From the NCBI GenBank assembly GCA_963809895.1, contig CAWELD010000003.1, positions 320,001 through 384,000 of the forward strand: DNA of 64,000 nucleotides, written 5' to 3'. The stretch's first letter is position 1, and every line of letters begins with the position of its first letter. The position numbers were made by a program, and so were the translations under genes. Below, piece by piece: positions 32,312 to 42,976 of this stretch. The notes below the pieces were generated by a model, which searched no databases, was not told the origin of the DNA, and saw nothing but the letters and a program-made list of their open reading frames with translations. Source of the DNA: an uncultured Gemmatimonadales bacterium. GTDB lineage: Bacteria; Gemmatimonadota; Gemmatimonadetes; Longimicrobiales; Gaopeijiaceae.

Positions 32312-33154
32312 TCAGGTCGTGGACGGGGCCTCCGGCTGGCAACGAGGGCACAGGAAGGCCGATCGGTTGCCGAATACGAGGCGCTGGACGGGGGTGTTAC
32401 ACCGGAAGCAGGGTTCGCCTTCCCGGCCGTAGACCCGCAACTCGCGCACGAACTCACCGGGGTCGCCATCGGCGTTGCGGTAGTCGCTGATGGTGGTCCC
32501 GCCGGCACCCAACGCCTCGCGCAGTACGCGCCGCAGGGCGCGATGCAGGCGAGTCGACTCGGCGTCGCTCAGGCTGCGCGCCGGCCGGGCCGGGTGCACG
32601 CCGGCGCGGTGGAGCGCCTCGTTGGCGTAGATGTTCCCGATCCCGGCGATCCTGCGCTGATCCAGGAGCCAGCTCCGGACGGGGCTGCGGGATCGCCCAA
32701 GCCCCTGGGCGAGGACCCGCGCCGTGAATCCGTCAGCCAACGGCTCGGGACCCAGTGCCTGGTCGCGCTCGGCCCACTCCGAGGCGCTCAGGCATTCCAC
32801 GCAGCCGAAACGCCGCACGTCGTCGAAGACCAGGGATCCGCCCTCGGCGAGGCGAAAGGTGATAGCGGGATGGGTAGGGCGGGGTGGAGCGCGCCCCTCC
32901 ACCCCCACCGGTGCGAGCCAGCCGGTCATGCCCAGGTTCACCACCAGGACCCCACGGGCATCGAGGCGGAGAAGCACGTTCTTGGCGCGCCGGTCGAGGG
33001 TCTCGATGCGGCGGCCGCGCACGCAGTCACGGAAGCGCGCGGCGGGCACGCGCAGCACGTCGGCGTGGTGGACCCGCGCGTGCAGGATGGTCTTTCCCGC
33101 GATCGCGGGCCGGAGCCCGCGGACCAGCGTCTCCGCCTCGGGGAGCTCCGGCAC
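32312..33154 (-). CDS. mutM: Formamidopyrimidine-DNA glycosylase
   Basis: MPELPE, LLDQRRIAGIGNIYANE, zinc finger CFRC...CPRCQ. Confidence 0.97.
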   Translation of the reverse strand: MPELPEAETLVRGLRPAIAGKTILHARVHHADVLRVPAARFRDCVRGRRIETLDRRAKNVLLRLDARGVLVVNLGMTGWLAPVGVEGRAPPRPTHPAITFRLAEGGSLVFDDVRRFGCVECLSASEWAERDQALGPEPLADGFTARVLAQGLGRSRSPVRSWLLDQRRIAGIGNIYANEALHRAGVHPARPARSLSDAESTRLHRALRRVLREALGAGGTTISDYRNADGDPGEFVRELRVYGREGEPCFRCNTPVQRLVFGNRSAFLCPRCQPEAPSTT

Positions 33155-33190
33155 GGCGCGGTCAGCCTCCCAGCTTCACGGCGGTGGCGA

Positions 33191-34486
33191 TCATCGGGTC
33201 TCCTCCATGGTCTCGTGTCGAGCCAGCTCCCGCCATCCGATGTCGCCCCGGAACTGTTTGCCGCTGAAGTGCACGGCCGCGGCGGCTTCGCGGCTGCGGG
33301 CCGCGGCCTCCTCCAGCGTCGGGGCCACGGCGGTGCACGCCATGACCCGGCCGCCCGAGGTGACCAGGCGTCCGTCGCGGATGGCGGTGCCGGCGTGGAA
33401 CAGGATCAGGTCTTCGTCCACCGGCACGGCCGACAGGTCCACGTCCTTCCCCTTGTCGTACGCACCCGGGTATCCCCCCGATGCCACCACCGTGGTCAGG
33501 GCCGCGGCATCGCGCCAGCTGGGCACACGGCGCGCGAGTCCCGAGCCCTCGGCCGAGGCCACCAACAGCTCCAGCAGCGAGCTCTCCAGGAGCGGGAGCA
33601 CCACCTGCGTCTCCGGATCTCCGAAGCGGCAGTTGAACTCCACCACCCGGAGTCCCTTGTCCGTGATCATGAGGCCGGCGTAGAGGAGGCCGGAGAAGGG
33701 GGAGCCCCGCTCGGCCATGGCCCGCAGCGTCGGCACGAAGACCCGGTCCCGCGCCTCCCGCACGAGGGCCGGCGTTGCGAGCGAGACCGGGGCGTAGGCG
33801 CCCATGCCGCCGGTGTTGGGGCCGGTGTCGCCTTCGCCGACCCGCTTGTGGTCCTGCGAGGGCGCGAGGAGTACCACGTCCTCACCGTCGGTGACGCCGA
33901 AGATGGAGAGCTCCTCGCCCTCCATGAACTCCTCCACCACCACCTCGCGGCCGGCCTCGCCGAAGCTCAGGTCTTCCATCATGGCGTGGAGCGCAGCGCG
34001 GGCCTCTTCGACGGTGGCGCACACCAGTGCGCCCTTGCCCGCCGCGAGGCCCGAGGCCTTCACCACGATGGGGGCGCCCCGTTCCCGAACCCAGGCCTCG
34101 GCGGCGGCCAGGTCCGTGAAGACCCGGTAGTCGGCGGTGGGCACGGCGGCCTCGCGCATGAGGTCCTTGGAGAAGGCCTTGGAGCTCTCGATGCGGGCGG
34201 CGTCGGCCGAGGGGCCGAAGACGGGGAGCCCCCGCGAGCGGAAGCGGTCGGCGATGCCGGCGGCCAGCGGTGCCTCGGGTCCCACCACGGTGAGGTCGAT
34301 GGCCCGAGACGCGGCCCAGCCGACCAGGGCCTGGAGGTCGGTGGGCGCGATCTCCACCGCCTCGCAGTCCAGCCTCATGCCCCCGTTGGGCCGGGTCACG
34401 TACAGGGTGGCGCCGGGATGATCCCGGCGGAGCTTCCAGAGAAGGGCGTGCTCGCGACCGCCGTTCCCTACGATGAGTATGCGCAT
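33191..34486 (-). CDS. purD: Phosphoribosylamine-glycine ligase
   Basis: GNGGREHAL, VVKASGLAAGKG, QDHKR, GPNTGGMGAY, EFNCRFGDPE. Confidence 0.98.
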   Translation of the reverse strand: MRILIVGNGGREHALLWKLRRDHPGATLYVTRPNGGMRLDCEAVEIAPTDLQALVGWAASRAIDLTVVGPEAPLAAGIADRFRSRGLPVFGPSADAARIESSKAFSKDLMREAAVPTADYRVFTDLAAAEAWVRERGAPIVVKASGLAAGKGALVCATVEEARAALHAMMEDLSFGEAGREVVVEEFMEGEELSIFGVTDGEDVVLLAPSQDHKRVGEGDTGPNTGGMGAYAPVSLATPALVREARDRVFVPTLRAMAERGSPFSGLLYAGLMITDKGLRVVEFNCRFGDPETQVVLPLLESSLLELLVASAEGSGLARRVPSWRDAAALTTVVASGGYPGAYDKGKDVDLSAVPVDEDLILFHAGTAIRDGRLVTSGGRVMACTAVAPTLEEAAARSREAAAAVHFSGKQFRGDIGWRELARHETMEETR

Positions 34487-34546
34487 GACAGGTCCGCGTG
34501 CTGCGATCGGTGCTGCGCGACCCGCGAGGGCCGCGTCGGGGACCCG

Positions 34547-34575
34547 AGACTAGGATCGACCGGCACCGATGTAAA
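34547..34575 (-). promoter_or_regulatory. Candidate sigma70 promoter for purD-mutM-M16 unit
   Basis: TTTACA-N17-TAGTCT on the minus strand. Confidence 0.5.
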
Positions 34576-34609
34576 GCGGGGGCGCCTCCGACGTGGAGAC
34601 GCCCCCGCT
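34572..34609 (-). terminator. Intrinsic terminator-like hairpin after the M48 gene
   Basis: agcgggggcg.ctcc / ggag.cgcccccgct stem followed by TTT on the minus strand. Confidence 0.6.
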
Positions 34610-34644
34610 CACGGCTGCGTGGGCCAGGCTGGCGTGGGCCGCGG

Positions 34645-35655
34645 CTACTTGCGGAAGCCCCCGAAGAAGCTCTCGCCCATGCGCCGGGCGGCCCCGGCCA
34701 TCTGGTCCAGGAAGTCCCGGGCGCCCTGGGCGTACGCCTGGGCCGCCTCGCGCAGATCCTCCTGGTAGGCCGGATCCGGCTCACCACGTCGGGCATACTC
34801 GCCGCGCAGGATGCGATCGTAGGCGCCGCTCTCGATCCAGGCGCGGATCTCCGACACCCGCAGGACCCAGAACGGATGCGTGGTCCCCATGAGGTTCAGG
34901 ATCTTGAAGACCTGATCGGCCACGTCGCCGGAATCGCGGTATTCCTCGGCCTGCTTGATGAATTCCTGGAGGTTCATCTGCTCCAGATCGCCACCACCTG
35001 CCATCTTGAGCATGGTGCGCATGACGACCTCGGGATCCTGCACCGAGAGGAGCCCGGCGCGGTCACACGAGAGCTCGCTCTTGCGGGACCACTCGAGGAG
35101 CGCCACCAGTACCGCCCGAGCAGCCAGACCCACGATGGGGAAGCCCATGCCGGCGAGCTGGATGAGCAGCACCGTCATGGTCCGGTAGAGGACGTGGTCG
35201 CTGAGGATGTGCCCGAGCTCGTGGCCCAGGATGTAGCTCAGCTCCTCGTCGTCGAGGAGGGACACCGTGCCCGAGTTGAGGATGATGAACGGCTCGTCCA
35301 TCCCGTAGGCGCCGGCGTTGACGATGGGCGTCTGGGAGATGAACAGGTCGTAGTGCTCCTCCACGTCCAGCGTCCGGAGCACGTCCTGATAGAGCCCGTG
35401 GATCCTCGGGAACTGGTTCGCCGACACCTTCACGGCGTTGGCCTGGAAGGCGAGCCGGATCGGCTTTTCCCCGAAAAACCCGAACAGCTTGCGCAGGACT
35501 TCGTCGAAGACCGGCAGCTTCCTGAGCGCGGCCAGCGCCGCCTTGTCGGCCGGATGCTCCCACGCGCGCGGCGCGATATCCGTGAGCAGGCGTCGCGCCC
35601 GGGCGCCCTCGGGGGGATTCGTGGGTGTGCGGTCCTGATCGTCAGCCATGAACAC
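34645..35655 (-). CDS. M48 family Zn metallopeptidase (HtpX/Ste24-like)
   Basis: VNAGAYG, ELSYILGHELGH, SELSCDRAG, THP; start may be ATG 35649. Confidence 0.9.
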   Translation of the reverse strand: MFMADDQDRTPTNPPEGARARRLLTDIAPRAWEHPADKAALAALRKLPVFDEVLRKLFGFFGEKPIRLAFQANAVKVSANQFPRIHGLYQDVLRTLDVEEHYDLFISQTPIVNAGAYGMDEPFIILNSGTVSLLDDEELSYILGHELGHILSDHVLYRTMTVLLIQLAGMGFPIVGLAARAVLVALLEWSRKSELSCDRAGLLSVQDPEVVMRTMLKMAGGGDLEQMNLQEFIKQAEEYRDSGDVADQVFKILNLMGTTHPFWVLRVSEIRAWIESGAYDRILRGEYARRGEPDPAYQEDLREAAQAYAQGARDFLDQMAGAARRMGESFFGGFRK

Positions 35656-35704
35656 TGCCTCTTGCTGTGCGGGTCCCGGCGCGTTGATCGCGCCCTCCGA
35701 TTCC

Positions 35705-35731
35705 TACGGTACCCGGGGAGGGCGTGTTTCA
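35705..35731 (-). promoter_or_regulatory. ECF-type promoter for the M48 peptidase
   Basis: TGAAAC-N17-CGTA, same boxes and spacing as the site at 27710-27736. Confidence 0.7.
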
Positions 35732-35748
35732 GCCAGAGAGAAGGCGGC

Positions 35749-36912
35749 TCACACGTTCCGCGACAGCGCCTGGTCCAGGTCTTCGAGAAGGTCGTCCGGA
35801 TCCTCGACGCCCACCGAGAGCCGTACCAGCCCATCGGTGACGCCCATGCGCACGCGCATGTCCTCCGGCACGGAGGCGTGGGTCATGAGCGAAGGCACGC
35901 TGATGAGGGACTCGACCCCGCCCAGACTCTCGGCGAGCTGGAAGATGCGCGTGTTCTCCACCAGCGCCCGCGCCCGATCCAGGGTGCCCACGTCCACGGA
36001 CACCATGCCCGTGAACCCGGTCATCTGGCGGCGTGCGAGCTCGTGCTGCGGGTGCGAAGCCAGGCCCGGATAGAAGACCCGGTCCACCGCGGCGTGTCGC
36101 TCCAGGAAGCGGGCCACGGCCTCACCGTTGGCGTTGTGAGCGGCCATGCGCAGGTGGAGCGTCTTGGTGCCCCGCAGGCACAGCCAGGCGTCCATGGGGC
36201 CGGGCACCGCGCCGGTGGACTTGCGGACGAATCGGATCTCTTCGGCCAGCGCGTCGTCGTCCACCACCACCATGCCGCCGATGATGTCGGAGTGGCCGTT
36301 GAGGTACTTGGTGGTGGAGTGGACCACCACGTCGGCCCCGAGGGCGAGGGGCGTCTGATTGAAGGGCGAGGCGAAGGTGTTGTCCACCACCAGCAGCGCG
36401 TCGCCGCCATGCGCCACGTCCGCCACGGCGGCGATGTCACACAGCCGCATCATGGGGTTGGTGGGCGTCTCGACGTGCACGATGCGCGTTTCCGGGCGCA
36501 TGGCGGCGGCCACCGCGTCCGGATCCCGGGAATCCACGAAGCTGAACTCCAGACCCAGCTTGGCCAGGACCCGCGTGAACATGCGGGTCGTGCCCCCGTA
36601 GGTGTTCTCCTCAGAGACGATGTGGTCACCGGCGGAGAGGCGCTTCACCACGGCCTCGATGGCCGACAGGCCGCTGGAGAAGGCGATGCCGTGCCGGCCT
36701 CCTTCCAACGCGGCCACGTTGCGCTCCAGCGCCTCACGCGTCGGATTCGCCACCCGCGCGTAGTCGTAGATGCCTTCCAGGGGCTCACCGATGGCGGGCT
36801 GCACGTAGGTGGAGGTCTGGAAGATCGGGGGCATGATGGCCCCGGTGGTGGGCTCGGGGTCCTGGCCGGCGTGGACCGCCAGCGTGCCGAATCGGGCGTC
36901 TCGTGAGCTCAT
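35749..36912 (-). CDS. Cystathionine gamma-synthase/gamma-lyase
   Basis: Start re-set to ATG 36912; PPIFQTSTY, YARVANPTR, ETPTNP, HSTTKYLNGHSD, AESLGGVESL. Confidence 0.93.
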   Translation of the reverse strand: MSSRDARFGTLAVHAGQDPEPTTGAIMPPIFQTSTYVQPAIGEPLEGIYDYARVANPTREALERNVAALEGGRHGIAFSSGLSAIEAVVKRLSAGDHIVSEENTYGGTTRMFTRVLAKLGLEFSFVDSRDPDAVAAAMRPETRIVHVETPTNPMMRLCDIAAVADVAHGGDALLVVDNTFASPFNQTPLALGADVVVHSTTKYLNGHSDIIGGMVVVDDDALAEEIRFVRKSTGAVPGPMDAWLCLRGTKTLHLRMAAHNANGEAVARFLERHAAVDRVFYPGLASHPQHELARRQMTGFTGMVSVDVGTLDRARALVENTRIFQLAESLGGVESLISVPSLMTHASVPEDMRVRMGVTDGLVRLSVGVEDPDDLLEDLDQALSRNV

Positions 36913-37091
36913 GGCAGGCCGCAGGGGTGGATCGTGAGGTTCGAGGATCGCGAAATGTACCGGCACCCGCCCGCGGCCACCACGCCACCTCGGCGGGCGA
37001 TGCGCGCGTTGACTCGATCTACCGCTTCGGGTGAAGTTTTCTTCCATCGGCGCGATCCCGCGCACGTGCGACCCTCGACCAGCCTGGCCTC

Positions 37092-38477
37092 ATGCCCATC
37101 CAGTTCCCCCCGGACCTCATGGTGAGCGTCTCCGGGGTGCGCGGACGTGTCGGCGCGCCCCTCACCCCCGAGCTCATGGCGGCCGTGGCCGCCGGGTTCG
37201 GCGATTTTCTGCGACGTGAGGGAGCCAACGGTCCGGTGGTCGTGGGGAGGGATTCGCGTACCTCCGGCCCCATGTTCGTGCGGGCCGTGGTGTCGGGCCT
37301 CCAGTCCGTGGGAGTGGACGTCATCGAGGTGGGCCTGGCACCCACCCCGACCATCCTGCTGGCGGTGGAGCACCATGGCGCCGCTGGCGGGATCGCGGTC
37401 ACGGCGAGCCACAACCCCGCCGAGTGGAACGCGCTCAAGCTCGCCAGCGGCGAGGGTATGTTCCTGGACGCGGAGGCGTCGGCCCGACTTCAACGACTCC
37501 TGACCCAGGACGATCCCCGACGCGCCGCGTGGGACGCGCTGGGGGAGGTCGGCGCGGACGAAGACGCGGTGGAGCGTCATCTCCAGGCCGTCCTCGCGCT
37601 GCCGCAGCTCGATGTGGAGGCCATGCGCCAGGCTCACCTCACCGTGGCCCTGGACTGCGTCAGAGGTGCCGGAGGCGTCATCGTTCCGCGCCTCCTGGAG
37701 GCGTTGGGTTGCACGGTGCACGCCATCCACACGGTGCCCGACGGACGCTTTCCCCGCGATCCGGAGCCCACGGCGGAGCACCTGGCGGAGCTGGGTCGGC
37801 TCGTGCGGGAGAGCGGGTCGGTGGTGGGGCTCGCGGTGGACCCCGACGCGGACCGCCTGTCGCTGGTGGACGAGACGGGGCGCGCCGTGGGCGAGGACCT
37901 GACGCTGGCACTGGCTGCCGACACGGTGCTGGGGCGCACCCCGGGGCCCGTGGTGACCAACCTCTCCACGAGCCGCGTGGTGGAGGACGTGGCTGCCGCC
38001 CACGGCGTGCCCCTCGTGCGCGCGCCGGTCGGCGAGATCAACGTGGCGCGCCGCATGCAGGCCGACGACGCGGTGGTGGGTGGGGAAGGGAACGGAGGTG
38101 TGATTCTGCCCGCGCTCCACCTCACGCGCGACGCTCCCGTGGGTGTGGCCCTGATCCTGCAGCATCTGGTGGACGTGGGCCTGCCCCTGTCCGGGGCCGT
38201 GGCACGGTGGCCCGCGTACCACATCGTGAAGGAAAAGGTGGCCTTCCCCCGGGAAGCCCTCCCCGACGCCTACCGGGCGTTGGCGGCGGATCTGGGGGCC
38301 GACCACGAGGATACCACCGACGGGCTGCGGCTTTCGTGGACCGGTCGGCGTGCGTGGCTGCACGTGCGGCCCTCGGGTACGGAGCCCGTCGTACGTCTCA
38401 TCGCCGAGGCGCCCGCTGCCCCCGCGGCCCGCGAGCTCCTGGCGCGAGGCGCCGGAATCCTCGAGGGCGTGGCCTGA
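37092..38477 (+). CDS. glmM: Phosphoglucosamine mutase (phosphohexomutase family)
   Basis: TASHNP, DPDADR, GGEGNGG, RPSGTEP; adjacent to glmS. Confidence 0.88.
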   Translation: MPIQFPPDLMVSVSGVRGRVGAPLTPELMAAVAAGFGDFLRREGANGPVVVGRDSRTSGPMFVRAVVSGLQSVGVDVIEVGLAPTPTILLAVEHHGAAGGIAVTASHNPAEWNALKLASGEGMFLDAEASARLQRLLTQDDPRRAAWDALGEVGADEDAVERHLQAVLALPQLDVEAMRQAHLTVALDCVRGAGGVIVPRLLEALGCTVHAIHTVPDGRFPRDPEPTAEHLAELGRLVRESGSVVGLAVDPDADRLSLVDETGRAVGEDLTLALAADTVLGRTPGPVVTNLSTSRVVEDVAAAHGVPLVRAPVGEINVARRMQADDAVVGGEGNGGVILPALHLTRDAPVGVALILQHLVDVGLPLSGAVARWPAYHIVKEKVAFPREALPDAYRALAADLGADHEDTTDGLRLSWTGRRAWLHVRPSGTEPVVRLIAEAPAAPAARELLARGAGILEGVA

Positions 38478-38499
38478 TTCGACCCGGGAGAAACGCGAG

Positions 38500-40338
38500 A
38501 TGTGTGGCATTGTGGCATACCTGGGGCCCAAGCAGGCGGGTCCCATCCTCCTCGAAGGCCTGCGGCGCCTCGAGTACCGGGGATACGATTCGGCCGGCAT
38601 CAGCGTGGTCACCGACGACGGTCACGTCACCACCGTGAAGAAGGCCGGGAAGATCGCAGAGCTCGCGGCGGCAATCGACGGCAACATGCCCGCCGGCACC
38701 GTGGGCATCGCCCACACCCGGTGGGCCACCCACGGCGCGCCCAACGAGATCAACGCCCATCCCCACCTGAGCCAGAACGGCGACATCGCGCTCATCCACA
38801 ACGGGATCATCGAGAACGCCGCGCCACTCAAGCGCAAGCTGACCAGCCTGGGCTATCACTTCCAGAGCGAAACCGACACCGAGGTGGTGGTGCACCTCAT
38901 CGACCACCTCTTCCGCCCGGGCAGCACCCTCGAAGACGCCGTGGCCGGCGCGCTGCGGCAGGTGGACGGCACCTATGGCATCGCCGTGATCTCGTCCCGC
39001 GATCCGGGCAAGGTGGTGGTGGCCCGCAACGGCAGCCCGCTGCTCCTGGGCGTGGGCAAGGACGGTGAGCTCATGGCCGCGTCCGACGTGGCGGCGGTGG
39101 TGGCCCACACGCGCGACGTCGTGTATCTGGACGACGGCGACTACGCGGTCCTGGACCGCCACGGATACCGCACCTACCACGTGGACCGGGGGGCGGTCCT
39201 CCGCGACGTGCACGAGGTGACCTGGGACCTGGACGCCATCGAGAAGGGTGGCTACGAGCACTTCATGCTCAAGGAGATCTTCGAGCAGCCCTCCTCGCTG
39301 CGCGACGTCCTGCGCGGCCGGTTGCTCGAGGAGGAAGGCAACGCGCGGCTGGGCGGTATCACCGTGTCCGAGCAGGAGCTGGCTCGGGTCAAGCGCATCA
39401 CGATCACCGCGTGCGGGACGAGCTGGCACGCCGGGCTCATCGGCGAGTACATGCTCGAGGACCTGGCGGGGATCCCCGTGGACGTCCAGTACGCCTCGGA
39501 GTTCCGGTACAAGAACCCCGTGATCGAGGACGACACGCTGGTGCTGGCCATCAGTCAGTCCGGCGAGACGGCGGATACCCTGGCCGCCCTGCGCGAGGCC
39601 CGGCAGCGGGGGGCCGCCACCATGGGCATCGTGAACGTGGTGGGGAGCACCATCGCCCGCGAGACGGACTTCGGCGTCTACCTGCACGCCGGACCCGAGA
39701 TCGGCGTCGCGTCCACCAAGGCGTTCACGAGCCAGATCGCCGCGCTCCTGCTCTTCACCCTCTACCTGGGCCGTCGCCGTGGACTGTCGGTGCTCGAAGG
39801 GCGCCGCATCGTCGAGGCCCTGCGCACCCTGCCGGGGCAGGTGGAAGAGATCCTCGCCATGAACGACGAGATCCGCACGCTCGCCGAGGAGTACGCCGAT
39901 GCGCGCAACTTCCTCTATATGGGCCGCGGCTACCAGTTCCCGGTGGCGCTGGAAGGGGCGCTCAAGCTGAAGGAGGTGAGCTACATCCACGCCGAGGGCT
40001 ATCCGGCGGCGGAGATGAAGCACGGTCCCATCGCCCTCATCGACGAGAACATGCCCGTGGTGGTCCTGGCGCCCCGCGATCCGGTCTACGCGAAGGTCGT
40101 GTCCAACATCGAAGAGGTGAAGGCCCGGAGCGGCCACGTCATCGCGGTGGTGAGCGACGAGGCGCCGGAGTTGCAGGGCAGGGCGGATCACCTCATTCAG
40201 ATTCCCCAGACGCTCTCGTGCGTACAGCCCATCCTGTCCACGATCCCCCTGCAGCTTCTGGCCTACCACATCGCGGTCCTGCGGGGCTGTGACGTGGATC
40301 AACCCCGCAATCTGGCCAAGTCCGTCACGGTGGAATGA
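38500..40338 (+). CDS. glmS: Glutamine-fructose-6-phosphate aminotransferase
   Basis: MCGIV start at 38500; [34 protein letters not shown]. Confidence 0.99.
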   Translation: MCGIVAYLGPKQAGPILLEGLRRLEYRGYDSAGISVVTDDGHVTTVKKAGKIAELAAAIDGNMPAGTVGIAHTRWATHGAPNEINAHPHLSQNGDIALIHNGIIENAAPLKRKLTSLGYHFQSETDTEVVVHLIDHLFRPGSTLEDAVAGALRQVDGTYGIAVISSRDPGKVVVARNGSPLLLGVGKDGELMAASDVAAVVAHTRDVVYLDDGDYAVLDRHGYRTYHVDRGAVLRDVHEVTWDLDAIEKGGYEHFMLKEIFEQPSSLRDVLRGRLLEEEGNARLGGITVSEQELARVKRITITACGTSWHAGLIGEYMLEDLAGIPVDVQYASEFRYKNPVIEDDTLVLAISQSGETADTLAALREARQRGAATMGIVNVVGSTIARETDFGVYLHAGPEIGVASTKAFTSQIAALLLFTLYLGRRRGLSVLEGRRIVEALRTLPGQVEEILAMNDEIRTLAEEYADARNFLYMGRGYQFPVALEGALKLKEVSYIHAEGYPAAEMKHGPIALIDENMPVVVLAPRDPVYAKVVSNIEEVKARSGHVIAVVSDEAPELQGRADHLIQIPQTLSCVQPILSTIPLQLLAYHIAVLRGCDVDQPRNLAKSVTVE

Positions 40339-40775
40339 GGGTCGTCCTGCAGCGGGTCTCCCGGGCCAGCGTGTCGGTGGAGGGCGAGATCGTGGGCGCC
40401 ATCGGAGCGGGCCATCTGCTCCTGGCGGGGTTCACCGAGGGCGACGACGAGGACGGCCTGGTCTGGATGGCCGACAAGATCGTCGGGCTGCGCGTGTTCC
40501 CCGACGAGGAAGGCCGCATGAACCTGGGCCTGGACGAGGTCGGGGGGGATCTCCTGGTGGTGAGCCAGTTCACCCTCTACGGCGACACCCGCAAGGGACG
40601 ACGGCCTTCGTTCGTGCACGCCGCCGATCCCGAGATCGCGGTCCCGCTCTACGAGCGTTTCATCGAGCTCCTGCGCCAGCGCGCGCCTGGCCGGGTCGAA
40701 TCGGGAGTGTTCGGTGCCATGATGGATGTGGAGCTCGTCAACGACGGGCCTGTGACGCTGGTCCTGGAGCGGTGA
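40335..40775 (+). CDS. dtd: D-aminoacyl-tRNA deacylase
   Basis: [26 protein letters not shown]. Confidence 0.98.
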   Translation: MRVVLQRVSRASVSVEGEIVGAIGAGHLLLAGFTEGDDEDGLVWMADKIVGLRVFPDEEGRMNLGLDEVGGDLLVVSQFTLYGDTRKGRRPSFVHAADPEIAVPLYERFIELLRQRAPGRVESGVFGAMMDVELVNDGPVTLVLER

Positions 40776-41389
40776 GCGACACGCCGCGGCTCGTGCTGGC
40801 GTCGGCGTCTCCCCGGCGCGCGGCGATCCTCCGCCGCCTCGGGCTGGATCCGGAGATCGCACCGGCGCGGCTCGACGAGCGCTACCTTCCCGGCGAGACC
40901 CCGGTAGAACATGTGGAGCGCCTGGCCCGAGCGAAGGCCGAGGCCGTGGCGTCGGCCCACGGCGGCGCGCTCGTGCTGGGCGGCGACACGGTGGTGGTCC
41001 TGCAGGGCCGGGTCCTGGGCAAGCCCGCGGACCCGGAGCAGGCGGTGCGCATGCTCATGGCGCTGGCCGGGCGGGTCCACCACGTGCTCACCGGGCTGGC
41101 GGTGGTGGAAGCCGGGAGCACCTACTCGGGCGTGCAGCGCACCGAGGTCCGCTTCCGGGACTTCGACGAGGCACTGGCGCGTGGCTACGTGGAGACCGGC
41201 GAGCCCATGGACAAGGCCGGCGCCTACGGGATCCAGGGCCGGGGTACCGCGCTGGTGGACGCCATCGAAGGGGATTACGAGGCCGTGGTCGGCCTGCCGG
41301 TGGGGCTCCTGATCCAGCTCCTCCTCATCGCGGGATGGCGCTACACCTTCCGGGGCCTCGAGCCCAGGGAGGGGGGCGAGGCGCGGTAG
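40772..41389 (+). CDS. maf: Maf nucleoside triphosphate pyrophosphatase
   Basis: GTG 40772; [27 protein letters not shown]. Confidence 0.95.
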   Translation: MSDTPRLVLASASPRRAAILRRLGLDPEIAPARLDERYLPGETPVEHVERLARAKAEAVASAHGGALVLGGDTVVVLQGRVLGKPADPEQAVRMLMALAGRVHHVLTGLAVVEAGSTYSGVQRTEVRFRDFDEALARGYVETGEPMDKAGAYGIQGRGTALVDAIEGDYEAVVGLPVGLLIQLLLIAGWRYTFRGLEPREGGEAR

Positions 41390-41470
41390 TCCAGCGGCGC
41401 GATCTGGGCTACCATGATCCCGGTCACACGCTGCTCACCGCACCCGTCGCCACGCCGCCTGGAAGGCCCC

Positions 41471-42976
41471 ATGTCCCCACGCTCCGTCGTCGCCATCGAT
41501 CAGGGCACCACGGGCTCCACCGTCCTCGTCATCGGCGAGGAGGGGCGGGTCCTGGGTCGGGCCTATTCGGAGTTCACCCAGCACTTTCCGCGTCCGGGTT
41601 GGGTGGAGCACGACGCCCTGGAGATCTGGGAGGTCACCCGCCGGGTACTCGGCGAGGCGCTGGACTCGACGCCCGCGGCGCGCCAATCCACGGTGGAGGC
41701 CATCGGGATCACCAACCAGCGTGAGACGGTCGTGGTCTGGGATCGCGAGACGCTGGAGCCGGTGCACCGGGCCATCGTGTGGCAGGACCGCCGTACCGCC
41801 GATCTGTGCCGTGAGCTGCGAGAGGCCGGCCATCTGGCCGAGGTGCGTGCGCGCACGGGCCTGGTGCTGGATCCCTACTTCAGCGGTACCAAGCTCACCT
41901 GGCTCCTGCGGGAGCGTCCCGAGCTCCGCGCACGGGCGGAGAACGGTGCGTTGGCGTGCGGCACCATCGACAGCTGGCTCATGGCGCGCCTCACCGGCGG
42001 GGCGGTCCACGCCACCGACCACACCAACGCGTCCCGGACGCTCCTCTACGACCTGCACGAGCACGCCTGGTCGCCGGAGCTGCTGGAGCTCTTCGAGGTG
42101 CCGGCGGCCATGTTGCCCGAGGTGCGCCGAAGTGGGGGCGATTTCGGTGTGTCCCGCGGTGACGCCAGCGGTGTCGAAGCCCCGATCCTCGGCGTGGTGG
42201 GGGATCAGCAGGCGGCGCTCTTCGGGCAGGGGTGCTGGAGCCCGGGGCTGGCCAAGAACACCTACGGCACCGGAGCTTTCCTGCTCCTGCACACCGGCAG
42301 CGACGCCGTCATGTCGGAGCAGGGGTTGCTCACGACGGTGGCCGTGGATGCCGATGGTGGGCCCGCCTATGCGCTGGAAGGCTCCATCTTCATCGCCGGG
42401 GCCGCCATCCAGTGGCTCCGGGACGGGCTCGGCATCCTCAAGGAAGCCCGGGAGTCGGAGGAGCTGGCGCGCTCGGTGGAGGGCACCGACGGCGTCTTCT
42501 TCGTGCCCGCCTTCGTGGGGCTGGGGGCGCCGCACTGGGAGCCCGAGGCCCGAGGCACGTTGGTGGGTCTGACCCGAGGCACCACCCGCGCCCACGTGGT
42601 GCGTGCGGCGCTGGAGGCCATGGCCTACGCCACCGCCGACGTGCTGCACGCCATGGAGGCCGACTCCGGCGTGCCCGCTACCGAGCTCCGGGTCGACGGG
42701 GGCGCCACCGCCAACGACTGGCTCATGGAGTTCCAGTCGGGGGTCCTGGGGATTCCGGTGCGGCGTCCGCCGCTGGTGGAGACTACCGCCTTCGGAGCGG
42801 CCGGGCTCGCGGGTCTCACGGCGGGTCTGTGGTCGCGGGGAGAGGACTTCGTGCGGGCGCTCGGCGAGCCCACCGTGTTCGAGCCCGACCTGGGAGCGGG
42901 AGAGCGGGACCGGCTCCTGGACGGCTGGCGGCGCGCGGTGGCGGCAGCCCGGAGCTGGGCCGCGGCGGCGCCGTGA
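41471..42976 (+). CDS. glpK: Glycerol kinase
   Basis: IDQGTTGS, GITNQRET, DPYFSGTK, GDQQAALFGQ, KNTYGTG. Confidence 0.97.
   Translation: MSPRSVVAIDQGTTGSTVLVIGEEGRVLGRAYSEFTQHFPRPGWVEHDALEIWEVTRRVLGEALDSTPAARQSTVEAIGITNQRETVVVWDRETLEPVHRAIVWQDRRTADLCRELREAGHLAEVRARTGLVLDPYFSGTKLTWLLRERPELRARAENGALACGTIDSWLMARLTGGAVHATDHTNASRTLLYDLHEHAWSPELLELFEVPAAMLPEVRRSGGDFGVSRGDASGVEAPILGVVGDQQAALFGQGCWSPGLAKNTYGTGAFLLLHTGSDAVMSEQGLLTTVAVDADGGPAYALEGSIFIAGAAIQWLRDGLGILKEARESEELARSVEGTDGVFFVPAFVGLGAPHWEPEARGTLVGLTRGTTRAHVVRAALEAMAYATADVLHAMEADSGVPATELRVDGGATANDWLMEFQSGVLGIPVRRPPLVETTAFGAAGLAGLTAGLWSRGEDFVRALGEPTVFEPDLGAGERDRLLDGWRRAVAAARSWAAAAP

Noticed and set aside
30812..34768. 1318-aa plus-strand ORF
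   Set aside because: Antisense to M16/mutM/purD; typical stop-poor shadow frame in high-GC DNA with no motifs.
38478..38499. glmS ribozyme
   Set aside because: Only 22 nt separate glmM and glmS.
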